Source of the DNA: the human T2T-CHM13v2.0 reference genome, Homo sapiens
Direction: 5' to 3' (one strand)
Length of the DNA: 64,000 bases
NCBI RefSeq assembly: GCF_009914755.1
Contig: NC_060932.1
In this document: positions 37,591 through 55,897 of the stretch, in pieces
Numbering within the stretch: the stretch's first letter is position 1
Layout: each line of letters begins with the position of its first letter
The notes under the pieces: generated by a model
Told to the model about the DNA's origin: nothing
Seen by the model: only the letters and a program-made list of their open reading frames with translations
The model's database searches: none
Made by a program: the position numbers and the translations under genes

Positions 37591-38330
37591 AGACAGTGGG
37601 GTTACAATGGCATAGCATTGCCCCAACCCCCAAAAGAAATAGTATCGAAGTCCAATGTAAACCTATTAATTACGTGGCTGTGCTACAATCAAAACATAGA
37701 TCTCTGACGTCAGCCTTATTGTTCTTCATTGTGTTGATCAAGGTAAGCATGTGCTTTCATCTTTAGTTAAGAGATTCATGAGTATAGGACACAGCTTAGT
37801 GTTTAAGTCTTTTGAGTCTTAGACAAGGAATTTCCAACTATAAATGAAGCCATACTAAAACATAAATGGCAGAGGTTTCTGGGTATCCTCGGTGTCCAAA
37901 GTGACTGTCAGCAAGTTTATTCATGTTCTGTCTCTCTCTTCCTATAGAAGTGCCCTAGCCCTCAAGTCCTCCTCACTCGAAGCCTATGGACTCCTAATTT
38001 GCACACAAGTCTAACAAGCCACATCATCTTGTTTTTCAGTTCATAGCACTGTGAAACAGGAGACATTAGAGGCAAGCATTGATAGCAGTAAAAAGGGCAA
38101 CCACTAGGAAAGAGTCAGAATATTAACAAACAAATGTCAGAAATGGAAGTCAAATAGTCCAGGACTAATCTAAGGGCAGATATTACCATATACAATAAGC
38201 CATTGGGATGTCTCTAGATTTCAGCATAGTTCATTAGTTTATGCCCAAAACAGTGACTTAAATCTTCCTCCCAAAAAGATGAACTTGTGATTATTGTTCA
38301 ATATAAAATGTAATACATTAAAAAATATAA

Positions 38331-38624
<294 letters not shown>

Positions 38625-39599
38625 CGGTGCAGCTGCCAGTATGGGGCTGAATGGCCTTTTATTAAAAATGTAAGACATTTTAAATAAAAGAAGTTAAAAA
38701 GTCTGTGGAAGTATTGAGGGTGAGAATCTCTGCTAGCTAGATCTCTATATTAAGTGATGAGATAAGCTTTATTAAAAATGAGAATCAGTTCATACTTAAC
38801 CTAAGCCTGACAGTGCTGGGCAGAGAGTCCTGCTGTACCACTACCAATGGAGCCAGGCAAGGATGCCTCTCTGCTAGACACAGCACATATGGACAAAGCC
38901 ACAAGCTATGGCTCATCCCAATAGAATCTTACTAGTTCCCTGGTAAGGTTAGCTATAATGTCTTCTAACTCACATCATTTGCATTAAAAAAAGAAAGAAA
39001 CAGATGATGACTGATACACATGTTGGTTGGTAGAGCTTTCAGGTTCCTCTTTCCATGTAGTTGAGGAAATTCCTCAGCCCATTGTCACCTCGGATCTCAT
39101 GCTGCAACTCCATCCTTAGCTCAACACCCACTGGCCCCTGCTTTCAAACTGTTGCTGGTCTTCAGGTAGAGCAGGTTCTGCAGATCAAAGGACATTTTTC
39201 ACTAAAAATCTCTGACATCAGAGACAGAGACTACATATCTATAATGAACCTTTCCGAAACCTGTCCATTAGAAAGCCACTTCTCAGTACAGAGGTGGACC
39301 TTGGAGACTTTCCAGGATTTTCACATCCATCTGCGAAGAGGAAAAGAACTCCTGAAACTGGGCTGACTTCATAACCAGTTTAATTTCACACATCTCACCT
39401 TTCTGGAGCTGCCTTGTTTTTCCCTTCTTGCATCACTGCAGAGAAAATTCATGGACTTCCTAAAGGTGAGACTCTGACCCATTAGTAAGAAAGTCTTGCT
39501 TTATGTTAAGTTGGCTTTCTCTGGAGATCTCCTAACTGCTTTATAAACATTCTTTCACACCTCCAAGCAGGTAGGTGGTAACTCATATTCAATTGTTAC

Positions 39600-41820
39600 T
39601 TTAGTTTCAGTGATCCCCAGGAGCACTGATCCCCTGACCAGATGCCATGGAGGCTGCTAAGTCAGGTAGCTGGCTGGGCTGTGGAACAATGGGCAAAACC
39701 ACAGCTCAGCCCCATTGTCTTTGGCTGCAGATTACCCAGCAACAGGGCCGCTCTCCAGATGCAGGTCAAGGAGGAGTGGACCCTGAGGCCTGGCAGCAGG
39801 CACACTTAGCTACCTGGAGGCCTTCTGAGGGAAGCCCCATATCCGGAGCCAGTACCTGAGCTACAGCCGCTACGTGCAGGTTGCGCACTGATAGAAGTGG
39901 CCCTGCAGCCTCCAACTTCCCGCTTCCCCTCTGGGCCCCAGCAGCGCAGACTCCCATGTCAGATGCCACTGCCGCGCCTAAGTCAGGTGGTCCGCCTTGC
40001 AGCAGCACGAGGGCGGGAAAAGGCCACTCAGCCTCATACTGGCAGCTGCACAGTGCCCAGAACCCACCACCTCGTGCCAAGGAAGAGCACACCCTAGAAT
40101 GGGAGGTTGGGCACACCCTAGAATGGGAGGAGCAGCAGAGCCTAGAATGGGAGGCTGGTGTCCTCGGGGACCCTAAGGCTGTCTGGGACCAGCCCTGCCA
40201 GCCTCCACCAAGGACTCTGCTGCAGCTGTCACCTGCACATAGGGCTCGGTAACAGAGATGGCAACCCCCAACACTGCCGGCCCCACCAGCAGTGAAAAAT
40301 ACAAGGCCAGAGGCTACCAGGGCTTCTAATTCAGGCGGTTGGCAGGACAGCTGCAAGAAGGGAACCCGCAGCTGCAGGAAGAGAACCTGGCGGCCACACA
40401 GTTCCCAGCGCCCACGACCCGGGGCTCAGGGCGCGGGAGAAAGAGGAGCTGACCGTAGGGTGGGAGGGAGGTGCACTCGGCGACCCTCAGGCTTTCTGGG
40501 ACCAGGCCTCCCAGCCTCCGCCTGGGCTCAGCTGCAGCTGCCACCTGCACATGGCGCGCGGCAGCACAGATGGCAATCCAATACCCTGCCCGCACCACCA
40601 GCCCTGGACCCCAGGGAGAGACATTGCCACTTCAACTAATTCAGGTGGTCCGTGCCGCAGCTGTCGGAGGATGGGAACCGGTGCTCAGCCCCATCCCAGT
40701 GGCTGCACAGTGCCCAGGACCCACGACGCGGAGCTCTCGGAGCTGGCCAAGATTCCATATCGGACCCTATGGTGAAAGGGCCATGCAGTCGGTGACATTC
40801 AGGACGTCTGGGACCAGCCCAGTCGATCTCCCCCATGGGCTCAGTTGCAGCTGCCACCTGCACAAGGCACCCTGCAGCAGCGGTGGCAACCGCTGCCCTG
40901 CCCACTGCCACCACCAATGAGGATCCCAGGGTCGGCCGCATAATTCACCCGGTGGGCCCTGCAGCTTCAGGAGAGTGAGAAAGGTCCACTCAGCCCCATC
41001 CCGGTTGCTGCATATTGCCCAGCTCCCAGGACCTCACACTCTGTGCGTGGGACAAAAAAAGAGTGGAACCTGGGGTTGGAGGGATGTACACTAAGCGACC
41101 CTCAGCTGTGTGGGACCAGCCCTGCCAACTTCCATCGTGGGCTCAGCTGCAGCTGCCACCTGCACACGGTGCGGGGAAGCAGTGATGGCAACCTTTCACC
41201 GTGCCCACGCCACCAGCAGCGTGAAACCCAGGGCCAGACGTCACCAGGAGCCTAATTCAGGCGATTGGCCTGGCAGCTACAGGGCGGGAACTCGCTGCTC
41301 AGCCATCGGATTTAGGCTGCTGCACAGTCCCCAGCACTGGCGACCTCGTTCTCTGGGCGCAGGGCAAGGAAGAGAGGACCCCAGTTGGGAGGGTGGTGCA
41401 CTCGGAGACCTGAAGGCCCTCTGGGACCAGCCTTGCCAGCCTCCGCCTTGGGTTCAGCTGCAGCTGTCATCTGCATATGGCGCGCGGCAGCAGAGGTGGC
41501 AACTCTCAACGCTGCCCGAGCCACCAGCAGCGCGGACCCCTGGCCAGATGCCCCAGCAGCGCCTAATTCGGGCGGCCGGCCCTTCAGCTGCAGGAGGGGG
41601 GAACCAGTGGCTCAGCCCCATGTAGGCGGCTGCACAGTGCCCAGCACTCAAGACCTCGCGCTCAAAAGAGGGCACAGGAGGAGCAGCTGCAGGGGGCAGC
41701 GTCGTTAGGCGGGCCCTGAGACAGCTGGGACCGCGCGCTCGGCTCTAGGGAGCTCGGCCAGTCCACAGGCGTCTCAGCAGCAGCTGCCACCTGCATGCGG
41801 TGCCGGCGAGTGCTCGGCTC
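39600..41820. repeat. GC-rich ~310-bp tandem array B, ~7 units
   Basis: Same anchor motif at ~39857, 40218, 40525, 40838, 41140, 41451 and 41773; internal 24-bp triplet (ccctagaatgggagg) at 40085-40155. Confidence 0.85.
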
Positions 41821-42530
41821 AGGGCGGTTTCTGGCCACACGCAGTTTCTGGCCACGCGCAAGGCGGTTGCCTTTTGAGGTCCCATGGGCGCTGGGGCCCA
41901 ACTGCTCTGCTCCGTATATTATTTATTCTCCGAGAGGTTGGAGACGTCCTTGTCCGAGAAGTTGGAGGGTCCCTGTCTGAGGTCTGGGCCAGACTGCCTT
42001 GCTTTCTGGTGCTGGGCCGGATGGGGGCCGGGTGGGGGCTGGGCTGGGGGAAGGGCGAGGGCGAGTTGTGGCGTCTCTGAAGCCAATAGCTGGGCCATGA
42101 AGATGATCTTGGCTGTGGAGAGCCAGAAGGGCCAGGTGCGCCTGAGCTCCTGGAGTAGTAACTGCATCTTCTCTGACCCCTGGTACCAGACTCCAGATGA
42201 GGATGTCGGGATGATACACAAAGCTGCGTCCAGGGGAACGCGTGGGAGCTGCAGCTGAGGCTCCCGCTGAAGAGAAAAGACCAGTCTGAAATCTACAAGA
42301 ACAGGTGTCGGGAACTGCGGGCTGCAGGCTTGGGGGTTGAGGGAGGAGGTGGGCAGGTGGGGAGAAGCACCTCCTTCAGAATTGGGGGCTTGGGGAGTGG
42401 GGGCCAGGGGAGGCGTGGAAAGAATAGTGTGTGCGGGGTGGGCCGTCCTCGTCCCCAGGGCGCTGGCTTTCTTCCTAGGAGGACTCCGCAGAGCCTGGGA
42501 TGTGGACGCCTTGGGGGTGGAGGGCCCAGG
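40300..42530. promoter_or_regulatory. CpG island / putative promoter of copy B
   Basis: GC- and CpG-rich into exon 1; G-runs GGGGGCCGGGTGGGGGCTGGGCTGGGGG at ~42023-42050. Confidence 0.6.
42097..42304 (+). pseudogene. ANKRD-family exon 1, copy B
   Basis: MKMILAVESQKGQVRLSSWSSNCIFSDPWYQTPDEDVGMIHKAASRG, then a frameshift and TGA at 42256-42258; donor CAG|GTGTCG. Confidence 0.88.
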
Positions 42531-45500
42531 CCATCTTTATGAGCAGCAAAATAAACCCAAAACTTTAGCTGGTTCCTCCACCCACAGTTCCTCTTACAGA
42601 GCACTTCAGAGAGAACTTTAAAGTGATTTAATAAAATTAAGTATATATTGTTTTATTTTTAATGCACACATTTTAAAAGATAATGTTAGATACGTTATGG
42701 AAAGGTACATAATGAAAGAAATAATTCCCATAATATATCACCTTCTGGGCTAATAATTTTTTGGCTAAAATCCAATATTTTATATCAATGAATACCTATG
42801 TAAATATGTTCTTTGCTGAGAGACCTTAGAAGGAAACTTTGAAGTAGGAAGAAGGTTCACGTTCTTGAATAAGAAGACTCATTTTTCTCGAGGTGTGAGA
42901 TCTTTATTAATTTTACATAAATCAAAGTTATCAAAGTTAACATTTTTGAATTACACATGCTGTCTTTTAATATTAAGATGGCTTAACATTTTTGTAATGG
43001 AGAAAAAAAGTCTTGCCTTTCAAAATGTGCTATTAATTTGCATAAATAGTTTGCTAACAGCTGAAAAGATAGATAAATGAATGCAAGAGAATAGAAAATC
43101 CAGGAACACCCAAATATATGTAAGAACGTATAACAGGGTAATGGTGAGACTTTATACTAATAAGAAAAGAGTTATTTTTATAAATGAAATGCCTGCTTTT
43201 TGGAAGAAACTAGCTAGATTTTTATGTCACAAAAATAAGTTTCTCATTGAATATAGATTATTTTAAATATGCAAAATGAGAAAAATACCAGAAGAAAACG
43301 CAAATGCCTATTTATACAAATACATTTTTGTGTTGACAAAGACCTTCCTAGGAACCTCTCAAGCAAGCATTCTGAAAGTTTATTTAGCAAAATTAAAATT
43401 AAATCACACTGAATATGAGAAAAAGATAAAATAAAAGACATCATACTTATATAATATTTACCACGTGTTTTTGTGTGTGTACATATTAAAAATGGCTATT
43501 CATTTTACAGAGAATTCTTCCAAATCAACATGAAAATACCTCTAAAACTGGGCAAAGTACTTTTTCCAGCTCTGCAAGTCACCTATGCACATAGGAAAAA
43601 AATACTTAATGTGTCCGATAAGAGAAGGACTTTAATTTAAAAAAGGAATAAAATGCCGTTTTCTGTCCTAAGTTTGTGAAGATGAGGAGCAGTGATATTT
43701 ACACTTCTGCTTAAAGTTAAGTTGCTGATGACTTTTCAAAAAGACAATTTGGTGGTAAGTACCATGTTTAAACTATGCGTATGCCCTTTCTTGATCAATT
43801 CCATTATAGTAAAATACATTTAGGAAACAACGAGAGATACATGCAATTTGTTTTTCTCAGCAGTGCTTAAAATATGATTGTATTAAAGAGAATCCATATA
43901 ACAAATTTCATAAATAAATTTCAGTGAATATATAGTATGGGATAATATGAGACCACTGAAAGTAATATCTACAAAAGTATGTTGACATATGAAAATGTAT
44001 TTTGGTGTATCAGGTGAAGATAACATTCAGTTTGATTACACATACAAACTGACTATGTTCTTGCTTTATCTGAAAATATGTACCAAATGTGATAAAATTT
44101 GTTATTTGGGGACAATTGTATTATAATGAACTGTTTTTCCTTTTTAAGATTTGTGATTTCTTCACTGAGCAGGGGATTGGGGATCTGTGGTATATAGCAT
44201 ATAGCATAATTATTACTAATGAAATAATCCTTAGGAAGAGCAGAAATATTAATTTTGCAGCTAAAAGTAATTTCTCACTTTCTATTTTTAAATTTTTATT
44301 TCTATGGATTAGTATAGTCTGTGAACTTTCAGTGTCTTCAGAAGTGAAGATAAACTTTATCTGTGATAGTGGTTTTATATATGTACATATTTTATTAAAC
44401 ATATTTTTATTATGTATAGATTTATTACATATATGCCAATAATTACATATTAATCATTTTAGTTTAGTGTTATTATTATGAAAATAAAAATAGTGAATAT
44501 AAGTAACTATTACCATTGCAAAAATATCACTTTATTTGTAGCTGTTTTAAAAATATTAAACTTCCCAACTGTATTTATTCATTTTTAAAATCTATTTATT
44601 CATCAAATACAAGCTGAATACCTGTTATGTAAAAGGCACATTATACTAACTATCAAGACCCTTCCATTCTTAAAAATTTCATGTGTACCTGCCCACCCTG
44701 AGCAAGCTGAGAGATTTAAAATTAGAGAATTAGGACTGAATCTCAACTGAAGCTTGTCCTCTCATCTTTCAAAAAAAAAAAATCATTTCTGATGTGGGAA
44801 AGTAATGCAAGATAACATCAGTGGCCACTTTGAAAATGTATACGTCTTAAACAGTGATATTAATTATCATAAATACTTACCCTACATGCATTTTATACAT
44901 GTAAATACTAATTTACATACATGCATACATTTAGATTCTGTAAATCTAAATATTTAATTAAATGAGCCATATTTATTTATTTGAATCCTGTCTTCTATTA
45001 GGCTTAAAGTTTTTAAAAATTAAGGAATTGTTTTGTTTTAAAAATTTGCTTTTATTTCAACGCTCCTTTTCCGTAGTACATTTAAGTGCTTAAAATTGAT
45101 TTAAATGTTAATCATACGACTAGGACTTCCATTGTCCTATTGTATATACCGTATTCCACTTGATGTAGCCACCATGGATTGTGTGATGCTGCCTTATTTT
45201 ATGTATCAATAAAATAATGTTTAAAATGCTGAAAAATATAGTTGTAATAAATAATGAATTATAAGTAGCATTTCAATGTCAGAGATGTTGAAATATGAGA
45301 AAATGAGAATCTTAGAATCATTGAAATACAGTCTTATCTCGAACCTTTAAATCATAACACAAAGGAAGTATAATGGTACCATTTTACCTAATTAAAATGT
45401 TGTCTTTATTAAGTAGTAGTAATAATTATAATATCTAGCAAGCGAAAGATCTTAAAATAGTATTCAAGTGCAAGATCAACTAAACCGAGAGGCCAAGCTC

Positions 45501-45661
45501 TTTCTGTCCAAATAGGTCACTCTTTCATTGATGCAGTGAATAATAAGAGCTAATAAATATTGTCCCTTTTCAGGAGGAAATTAATATTTGTTTTGAAAGC
45601 AGAGGAATAGCATGCTATTTATTGTTTGCAATTACGTGAATCATTGTATGTTTTGAGATAG

Positions 45662-45856
<195 letters not shown>

Positions 45857-45976
45857 TAAATACATAGAATAAAAATGAATTTGTCTCATTGAAATATAAC
45901 TAGTTTGTGAAACCTGTGGAATACTTATTTTAATTTCCTACAATTTACAATTTATTTCTTGTTCTAATACTGACAG

Positions 45977-46145
45977 GCTATAATGTGCCAAGAAGATGTG
46001 AAACTATTCTGCTAGACCTTGGTGCTGATCCAAATATTACCGATGTCTATGGCAACACTGCTCTCCATATGCTGTCTATAATGAGAATATGTCAATGGTA
46101 GCAAGACTGTTTTCACACAAGACAAACATCGAAGTGAAAAACAAT
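45977..46145 (+). pseudogene. ANKRD-family exon 3, copy B
   Basis: 169 nt versus 174 in the orphan copy (4-nt and 1-nt deletions); AIMCQED / TILLDLGADPNITDVYGNTAL / YAVYNENMSMVARLFSHKTNIEVKN lie in shifted frames. Confidence 0.9.
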
Positions 46146-48115
46146 GTAGAGCAACCAATGTTATTTTCAAAATATTTGAAATCCACTTGTTTTAACATTG
46201 ACATATGTAAGGGTCAGTTTTTGCTATTTGGAAGCTTAAGCAATCCCTGAATAAAAATAATTTGAAATAATGGTCTAAGATTTTACCTTAAATACTAATA
46301 TCTTTAAAAAAGTATTAGAGAGTATGGCTTTCTTTTATGCATTTATGGTAGATATTTGAATTTGTTATAGGTAAAACTTTTGTTTTCAATTTTTTTTTGA
46401 CTGAAGTATTTTTTTTTCTTTCTAAGTAGTGTACAACAACACAGGAAAGCAAAGTTGGCCTGCATAAATTAAGCCAACGTGTAAAATTTAGGAGACCTGC
46501 AAAAATCTGTATTTCAGGCTCCTCTTAAATAGTGAAATCTGGTTTCCCTTGAGCCCATATTACTGTTTGGTGTGCTATGAAGAGGCTGTAGCTTCACGCA
46601 AAGTCTGTGGTCTCCAGTTTGCCATTGTGCCCACCTAGGGACTTACTCAGGTCATACCCTTTGCCTCTGTAAATATTTTAGTTAACAACTCCTGTCATAT
46701 AGTATATTTTGGTAAAGATTTCAAGGTTTTCAAGACAGTTGATAGTTATTTATAATATATAGCCTATATTTTGTATTAATTCCTTAATAATGGGTTTGAC
46801 TTTTAGAATTTAGAAGTTGTTTTTTAAATAATGATTTTTCTTTATATATACCATAAATAATAATCACATTGGAATGCCTATAGGCCTTTTTAGGTTAATT
46901 ATGGTTATATTTGGATAGGTTATGCATATTGCAGAACACATTTTATCTTTCTCCTCAGCATTGTCTCTGAAAATGGAAGTGATTTAGTGGCTTTTATTAT
47001 GCTAAAATAACCCATATAGTTCAGCTAGAAATTGTATTGATAAGCCATTGCATTTGTATTTCTGATATTTTGCCAAAAATAAAAAATAATTTTAAGTAGC
47101 AATGAAAATGGAAACCAGAATAAAAATGGATTAATGCATTTTAAGAAGTAGATTTGCATTAGGGTCCTAGGATTATAAATATCATTAAAATTGAGAATAA
47201 AATTTCATACTGAACTTTGTAACAGCTAAAATTCTGTGACTCTGTAATAGGAGAAACCCAATGGACCATTTAATAATAAGCAATCAAAATTCATTTGAAG
47301 CCTATCTCTTTTAATTTAGAGACCATTTCCTTAGTGATCTACTTGGAGCAGGAGCACCTGACTTTGGCAGCTGGGATCCTGGGCCCATTGATAGAAAATA
47401 ATCAAGTGAGTTTGTATCACTTGGAGGAAACCTCTACCTTTATTGGAAAGCTTTAAAAACTGTAATCCTGAAACTTTAATTCCTCAAATGTTAATATTGC
47501 CACAAAACCTATTGTCAAATAAGGATTAGGCAAAGTTCAAGACATTTCTTGAATACTGGACATATAATTCACAGTTTTATAATATTTCTCAAACATAGAT
47601 GATCATAGGATCTTCCTATTCAGGTACAGTCTTTAAATTCTGGCAAAGTAAATATTCTTTGGAATACAGTTTAAGAAGTACTACTCTAGAGGTAATAATT
47701 TAGATCATTGATTTAATAAAAATACTTAAAGTATTTACTACTATGTCATAGGGTTTGAGGATAAACAGATAAAAGATACAGCAGCTGCCCTCAAGAATCT
47801 GTTGGTTTAGATAGAAATCAATAAAATTATTACAATATACCATGTGAAATGCTGTGCTAGAAACAAAGATTATTGAAACCAGTGACTGTTTCAAATCATT
47901 TTTGGAGCTGACCAGAGTTAATGTGAGTCAGAGGCCGGATGTTTTCAAGTGGAGGAGGAGTGCATGGGAAAGCACAGAGGAGTGAGAAGGAAGGGACAGA
48001 TTTTATTTGCTTTCTATTTTATGTGTTTAAGTTCATAAGACCTTATATAAGGTATTCAGTTCAGCTGACAAATATGTAATTTTATGAATTATAAATTGTT
48101 TTTGCCATTTTACAG

Positions 48116-48215
48116 GATGGCCTCATACCACTTTTACTTGCCATAACTAAAAGAAGACAGCAAATGGTATAATTTTTACTAACAAAAAATGCAAATGTAA
48201 ATGCAGTTGATAAAG
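48116..48215 (+). pseudogene. ANKRD-family exon 4, copy B
   Basis: After ttttacag: DGLIPLLLAITKRRQQMV*FLLTKNANVNAVDK; TAA at 48170-48172. Confidence 0.88.
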
Positions 48216-48869
48216 GTTTAGTCATTTTTTTAAAGTGAGTGTTGTTCTAGAGTCGTAACATTCAAGTTGGAAATATTAAGTTAATCAGCAGATTAGCTTA
48301 TATTTATTGGATTATAGTGGAAAATATCAAAACAAATCACCAGTTAGGTAGAAAAGCAATTACTTGGACTGGGCAACATAAAGAACATATGTATATGATA
48401 GGATTTATATTCTCTTATTATATTGGCTGATGTTATTTACAATCTGATGTTTTTGTCACATTATCTTCTATTAGTAAAGGGTTTTGTATTAGTTTTATAA
48501 AATATGAAATTTAACTTTCAGTTTGCTTATTGATTCAATATTGAATTATTATTTTATAGTATTTCTCTACCTTCTGCTTTTTATATACTTTTTCTATAAA
48601 ATGTAATATGAATCATAAATAGGAATTGAAAATTATTTTGTGTTTTGGATGACTGTTTGCTTTAAGGTGATTTATTTGAAAAATATTAATGTCAGGTTAT
48701 CCCTAAGTGACTATTAATTGTTACCACCACTGTGAATTCATCATTTTATTTCTTTTTAACTTATGGTGTATTTTAATTTTTTAATTTGTAATCGGTATGT
48801 GTAGAAGGAAGAAAGATATGTTTAATTAAATTAACTTTTTATTTAATGAAGATAAGCTGTAGGTGAGTG

Positions 48870-49080
48870 ATAGAAAAGAGGCCTTAGATTCACAAAAGAC
48901 AGGTTTTAATTTCTAGCTTCTTCATTTGTTAGGGGTGACCTTGCATACATTACTTAGTACCAAGTATGCTTTCCTATATGAAAATGAGGATAATAATATT
49001 TCTTTCAGGGGTGATTGTGTGGAAATTAGATTATGTGTATACAGCATTTAATTCAGTTCTTCACACATGCTTATCAGTAT
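48870..49080. mobile_element. MIR relic
   Basis: ggttttaatttctagcttcttcatttgttaggggtgaccttgca...tttcctatatgaaaatgaggataataata. Confidence 0.55.
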
Positions 49081-49490
49081 CATTAACTGAACAACTACTA
49101 CTATCATTATTCTTTACATTATTATTTTCAGCCTGCAGATTGCTCTTATTTATCTTACTCCTAACTGATTTTGAATTACAATATATCAGACTAGAGAAGA
49201 AATGGATAATTCTTCACTTAAATCTTTGCCTCCTGTAGATGAGTGACCTGAGCACAGTCTTTTGCCCATCAAAGGACTTTATGTTAACCACTTCTACTAT
49301 GCCATACCCCAGTGGGACATGAATTTTTTTTTTGTCCCTTCCTTTAAGCCTTTGTGGTTATTTACAAAGATGAACACTTGAGCACCCAGGATGCTTATGT
49401 TTGTTAGTTCACGTAAATGTTTAATTCTACACTGACAGGCACATATTAAGTTTGTAAAGTTTCTAAGAATGAAGTTCTCTCTCTGTTTAG

Positions 49491-49623
49491 CACAGCCCTC
49501 ATGCTTGCAGTATGTCATGGATCATCAGGGATAGCATTCTTCTTCAGAAAAATATTGACATATTTACTCAAGTATTTGTGGAATGACTGCAGAAGATTAC
49601 GCTGTTGTTAATATTTTTAATCT
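49491..49623 (+). pseudogene. ANKRD30-like exon 5, copy B
   Basis: After ctgtttag: TALMLAVCHGSSGI / ILLQKNIDIFTQ / CGMTAEDYAV with frameshifts (cf. ANKRD30A TALMLAVCHGSSEIVGMLLQQNVDVF). Confidence 0.85.
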
Positions 49624-50796
49624 ATGTTTGTACATGTAAAGTCTAGGTGAGATTTCATAGCTTGGCTCAAGTAGTTTTTGAAGGGCAGTGAGTTAATTCA
49701 CTTCATCAGCCAGAAATCAGGCAAAAAGCTAAACTAGTTAGAAGGAGCAGCGGGTCCAGGATTCTTTATTTTAGGGCTTTTAACACATTTATCCCTACAG
49801 ATACCAATGTTGTCTATTTGATCCCAAGTATAATCCCAATGCATGGGATAAACATAGTGTCACATTTTCAATTTTTGTAATTAGTAATTTGGGTCTTAAA
49901 ACGTCCACTTTAGCAAAAAATTTAGTACTGCCTCTGGGCGCTATCCTCTATACCCTCCTCCTTGAATTTTTAAAGGAACTTAAGGGGTTCCCTAAGTCCA
50001 AGGAAGACAGTCTTCTTTTACAGTCAGGATGAGGGGGGAGAAAAGACCCTTCTAATCATTGTGTTGTTCCCTCTGATTCTGTTGCTGCATCGTTGCCACT
50101 GAAACTGCTTCTTCAGTCTGTTAACAATTGACCTTTGCTACCAGGATGACCTCACTTATCTGGATCCCTCAGTCTTCCTGGTGATTCACATATAGACTTC
50201 AAAGTTATTACTTTTTGTTTTAGTTCACATAGATATTCTCAGCCATTATTTCCAAAGTGCCTGTACGCCTGCTCTGACAGTTGGGCCTCCTAGCTTTAGC
50301 CACACTCATAGTGACCCTTCTTCTCACACTCAAAACCTGATATGAAACCCACGTCTTAGCTTGGACTTGTCCTAGACCTTCAAGGTAAATTATCCTCTGA
50401 ATCCCTTGGAATAGTTTGAAACTGTGAGGTCTAAATAATGTTACAGGAAGAAATCAGAGATTCCTTTCTTCTTTGCTACCAGATCTATGCTCTTGGCCCC
50501 TTTAGATTCTGTGTGGCACCATTTTGTAGGTAGTGGAGGGTCCCATATTATTCTGGAAGGACCAATATTCTGCTTCCCCAGAGTAGTGGTTCTTCCCTCA
50601 AGTGATCTGTTTTCCGTAAAAGTAAAAATCTCCCAAACTACTTGTGTTTGTATCTTGAGTTTTTAAAATATTTTAAAATTCTACCTCACAATGAAGCCAT
50701 TCGAAAGAATTCATGAAATCTCAAGTAAGTTAGATTAAACAGAGCTAAGCCTCATCCATGACTCATCAGTATCCATGTAGGAAAGTAGAAGTTTGT

Positions 50797-51186
<390 letters not shown>

Positions 51187-51799
51187 CTTGCAGTCCCCAA
51201 AAGGACCTTGGACTACTATCTTACTAGCTCCAAGGAAATGGTGTGAGTCAATGAAAAATGGTGACACCCAATATTGAAACTGTGATTTTCACACAAAAAT
51301 ATTTATGTAAGATGATCTATGGAATGAGATTGTGCCGGGAAACACATGGGATGTTGTGTGCAATATATTGCTAGTAGGCATCTAGGAAATGAGAAAATAA
51401 CAGCTTCCATCCCCATCATGGAACTTAAAAAAAATAAAGGTAAGGTTTTTTCTTCCACAGCAGTTGGAGATGAACATGGGGAGTAAGCATTATTTCAACA
51501 AAGATTTATTGGTTCAGAGTTTGGGAAGTTTGGTAAAGAATATTAGGAGTCCAAGCCAGGTCTTGACATTCAACAGTTTTCTGCCCTGGGTGTGATTGAT
51601 GAACTCAGCAACAGGAGATAATCATGTTGTCTGATTTGATGAATTAACATATTTATAAATAATTTTTATTACAAATTATGAAATAGATGCCCTGAATTAC
51701 AAGCCATAAAAAAAGAACATCTAATAATCAAGAGTAGGACTTAATAACATTTTCTGAAAACTGCAACATTTGAATAGTAGAACCTATGAAGAAATACAC

Positions 51800-51942
51800 T
51801 TTTTTTAAAATTTATTTTTAATTTGTAGAGATAGGGTCTCTCTATGTTGCCCAGGCTGGTCTTGAACTCCTGGGCTCAAGCAGTCCTCCTGTCTCAGCCT
51901 CCCAAAGTGCTGGCATCACAGGCATGAGCCTCTGCATCTGAC
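51800..51942 (-). mobile_element. FLAM_C / Alu monomer
   Basis: gtagagatagggtctctctatgttgcccaggctggtcttgaactcctgggctcaagc...; TSD-like aaatacact / aaacacatt. Confidence 0.85.
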
Positions 51943-52467
51943 AAACACATTGGGTTTTATTTGGGATTTTAAAATAGTTTCAGCAGTAAGGTTCAAGAAT
52001 AAATTATTCCATCGCTTCACTACTTCTCTGAGCATTTTTTCAAATGCTGTCTTGTGAAGTCTTTATAATAACCTAGTTAAATAAGGCACTACAAGTCTCA
52101 CTTTTAGAGGAAGACATTGAGCCTAAGAGAAGCAACTTAATCAAGAACGAATTGGTTGCAGAGCTGAGATTTATTCTGAGTTGAGGACATTTTCCGTTAC
52201 GTCAGCCTAACTCTAGTTCATTTACTGAGCTATATTGCCTTCAATTCATGAGTATTTCACCTTACTTTCTTCTTTAACTAAAAGTTTAAGAAGTTCACAG
52301 AGCTCACAAATTTGAAGCCTATGAAATGAGTAAAGTTCTCAGATTAGCTCTAATATTGTCTGGAATACTCTAATAATTTAACATATTCAGTAAATTTTTT
52401 CATATCAGTGTTAAAATAGTACTTTTATTGATTGCATATTTCTTTTTTTCTCAGCCTTTTCACTGAA

Positions 52468-55829
<3,362 letters not shown>

Positions 55830-55836
55830 TACATAG

Positions 55837-55897
55837 TATTCACCAACAACTTTTGGAATATAAAATATGTCTAAACATCCTCAAAATTTCAACCCAG
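55837..55897 (+). pseudogene. ANKRD30-like exon 6, copy B
   Basis: acatag|T ATT CAC CAA CAA CTT TTG GAA TAT = IHQQLLEYK, then shifted SKHPQNFNP and CAG|GTAAGA (cf. ANKRD30B IHQQLLEHIRKLPKNPQNTNP). Confidence 0.82.

Noticed and set aside
35722-37707. Repetitive ORFs (SSERLEMVSF, SPASQRRN, HHLQPLRG) as a repeat protein
   Set aside because: They are translations of the 30-bp array, broken by stops and frameshifts in all frames
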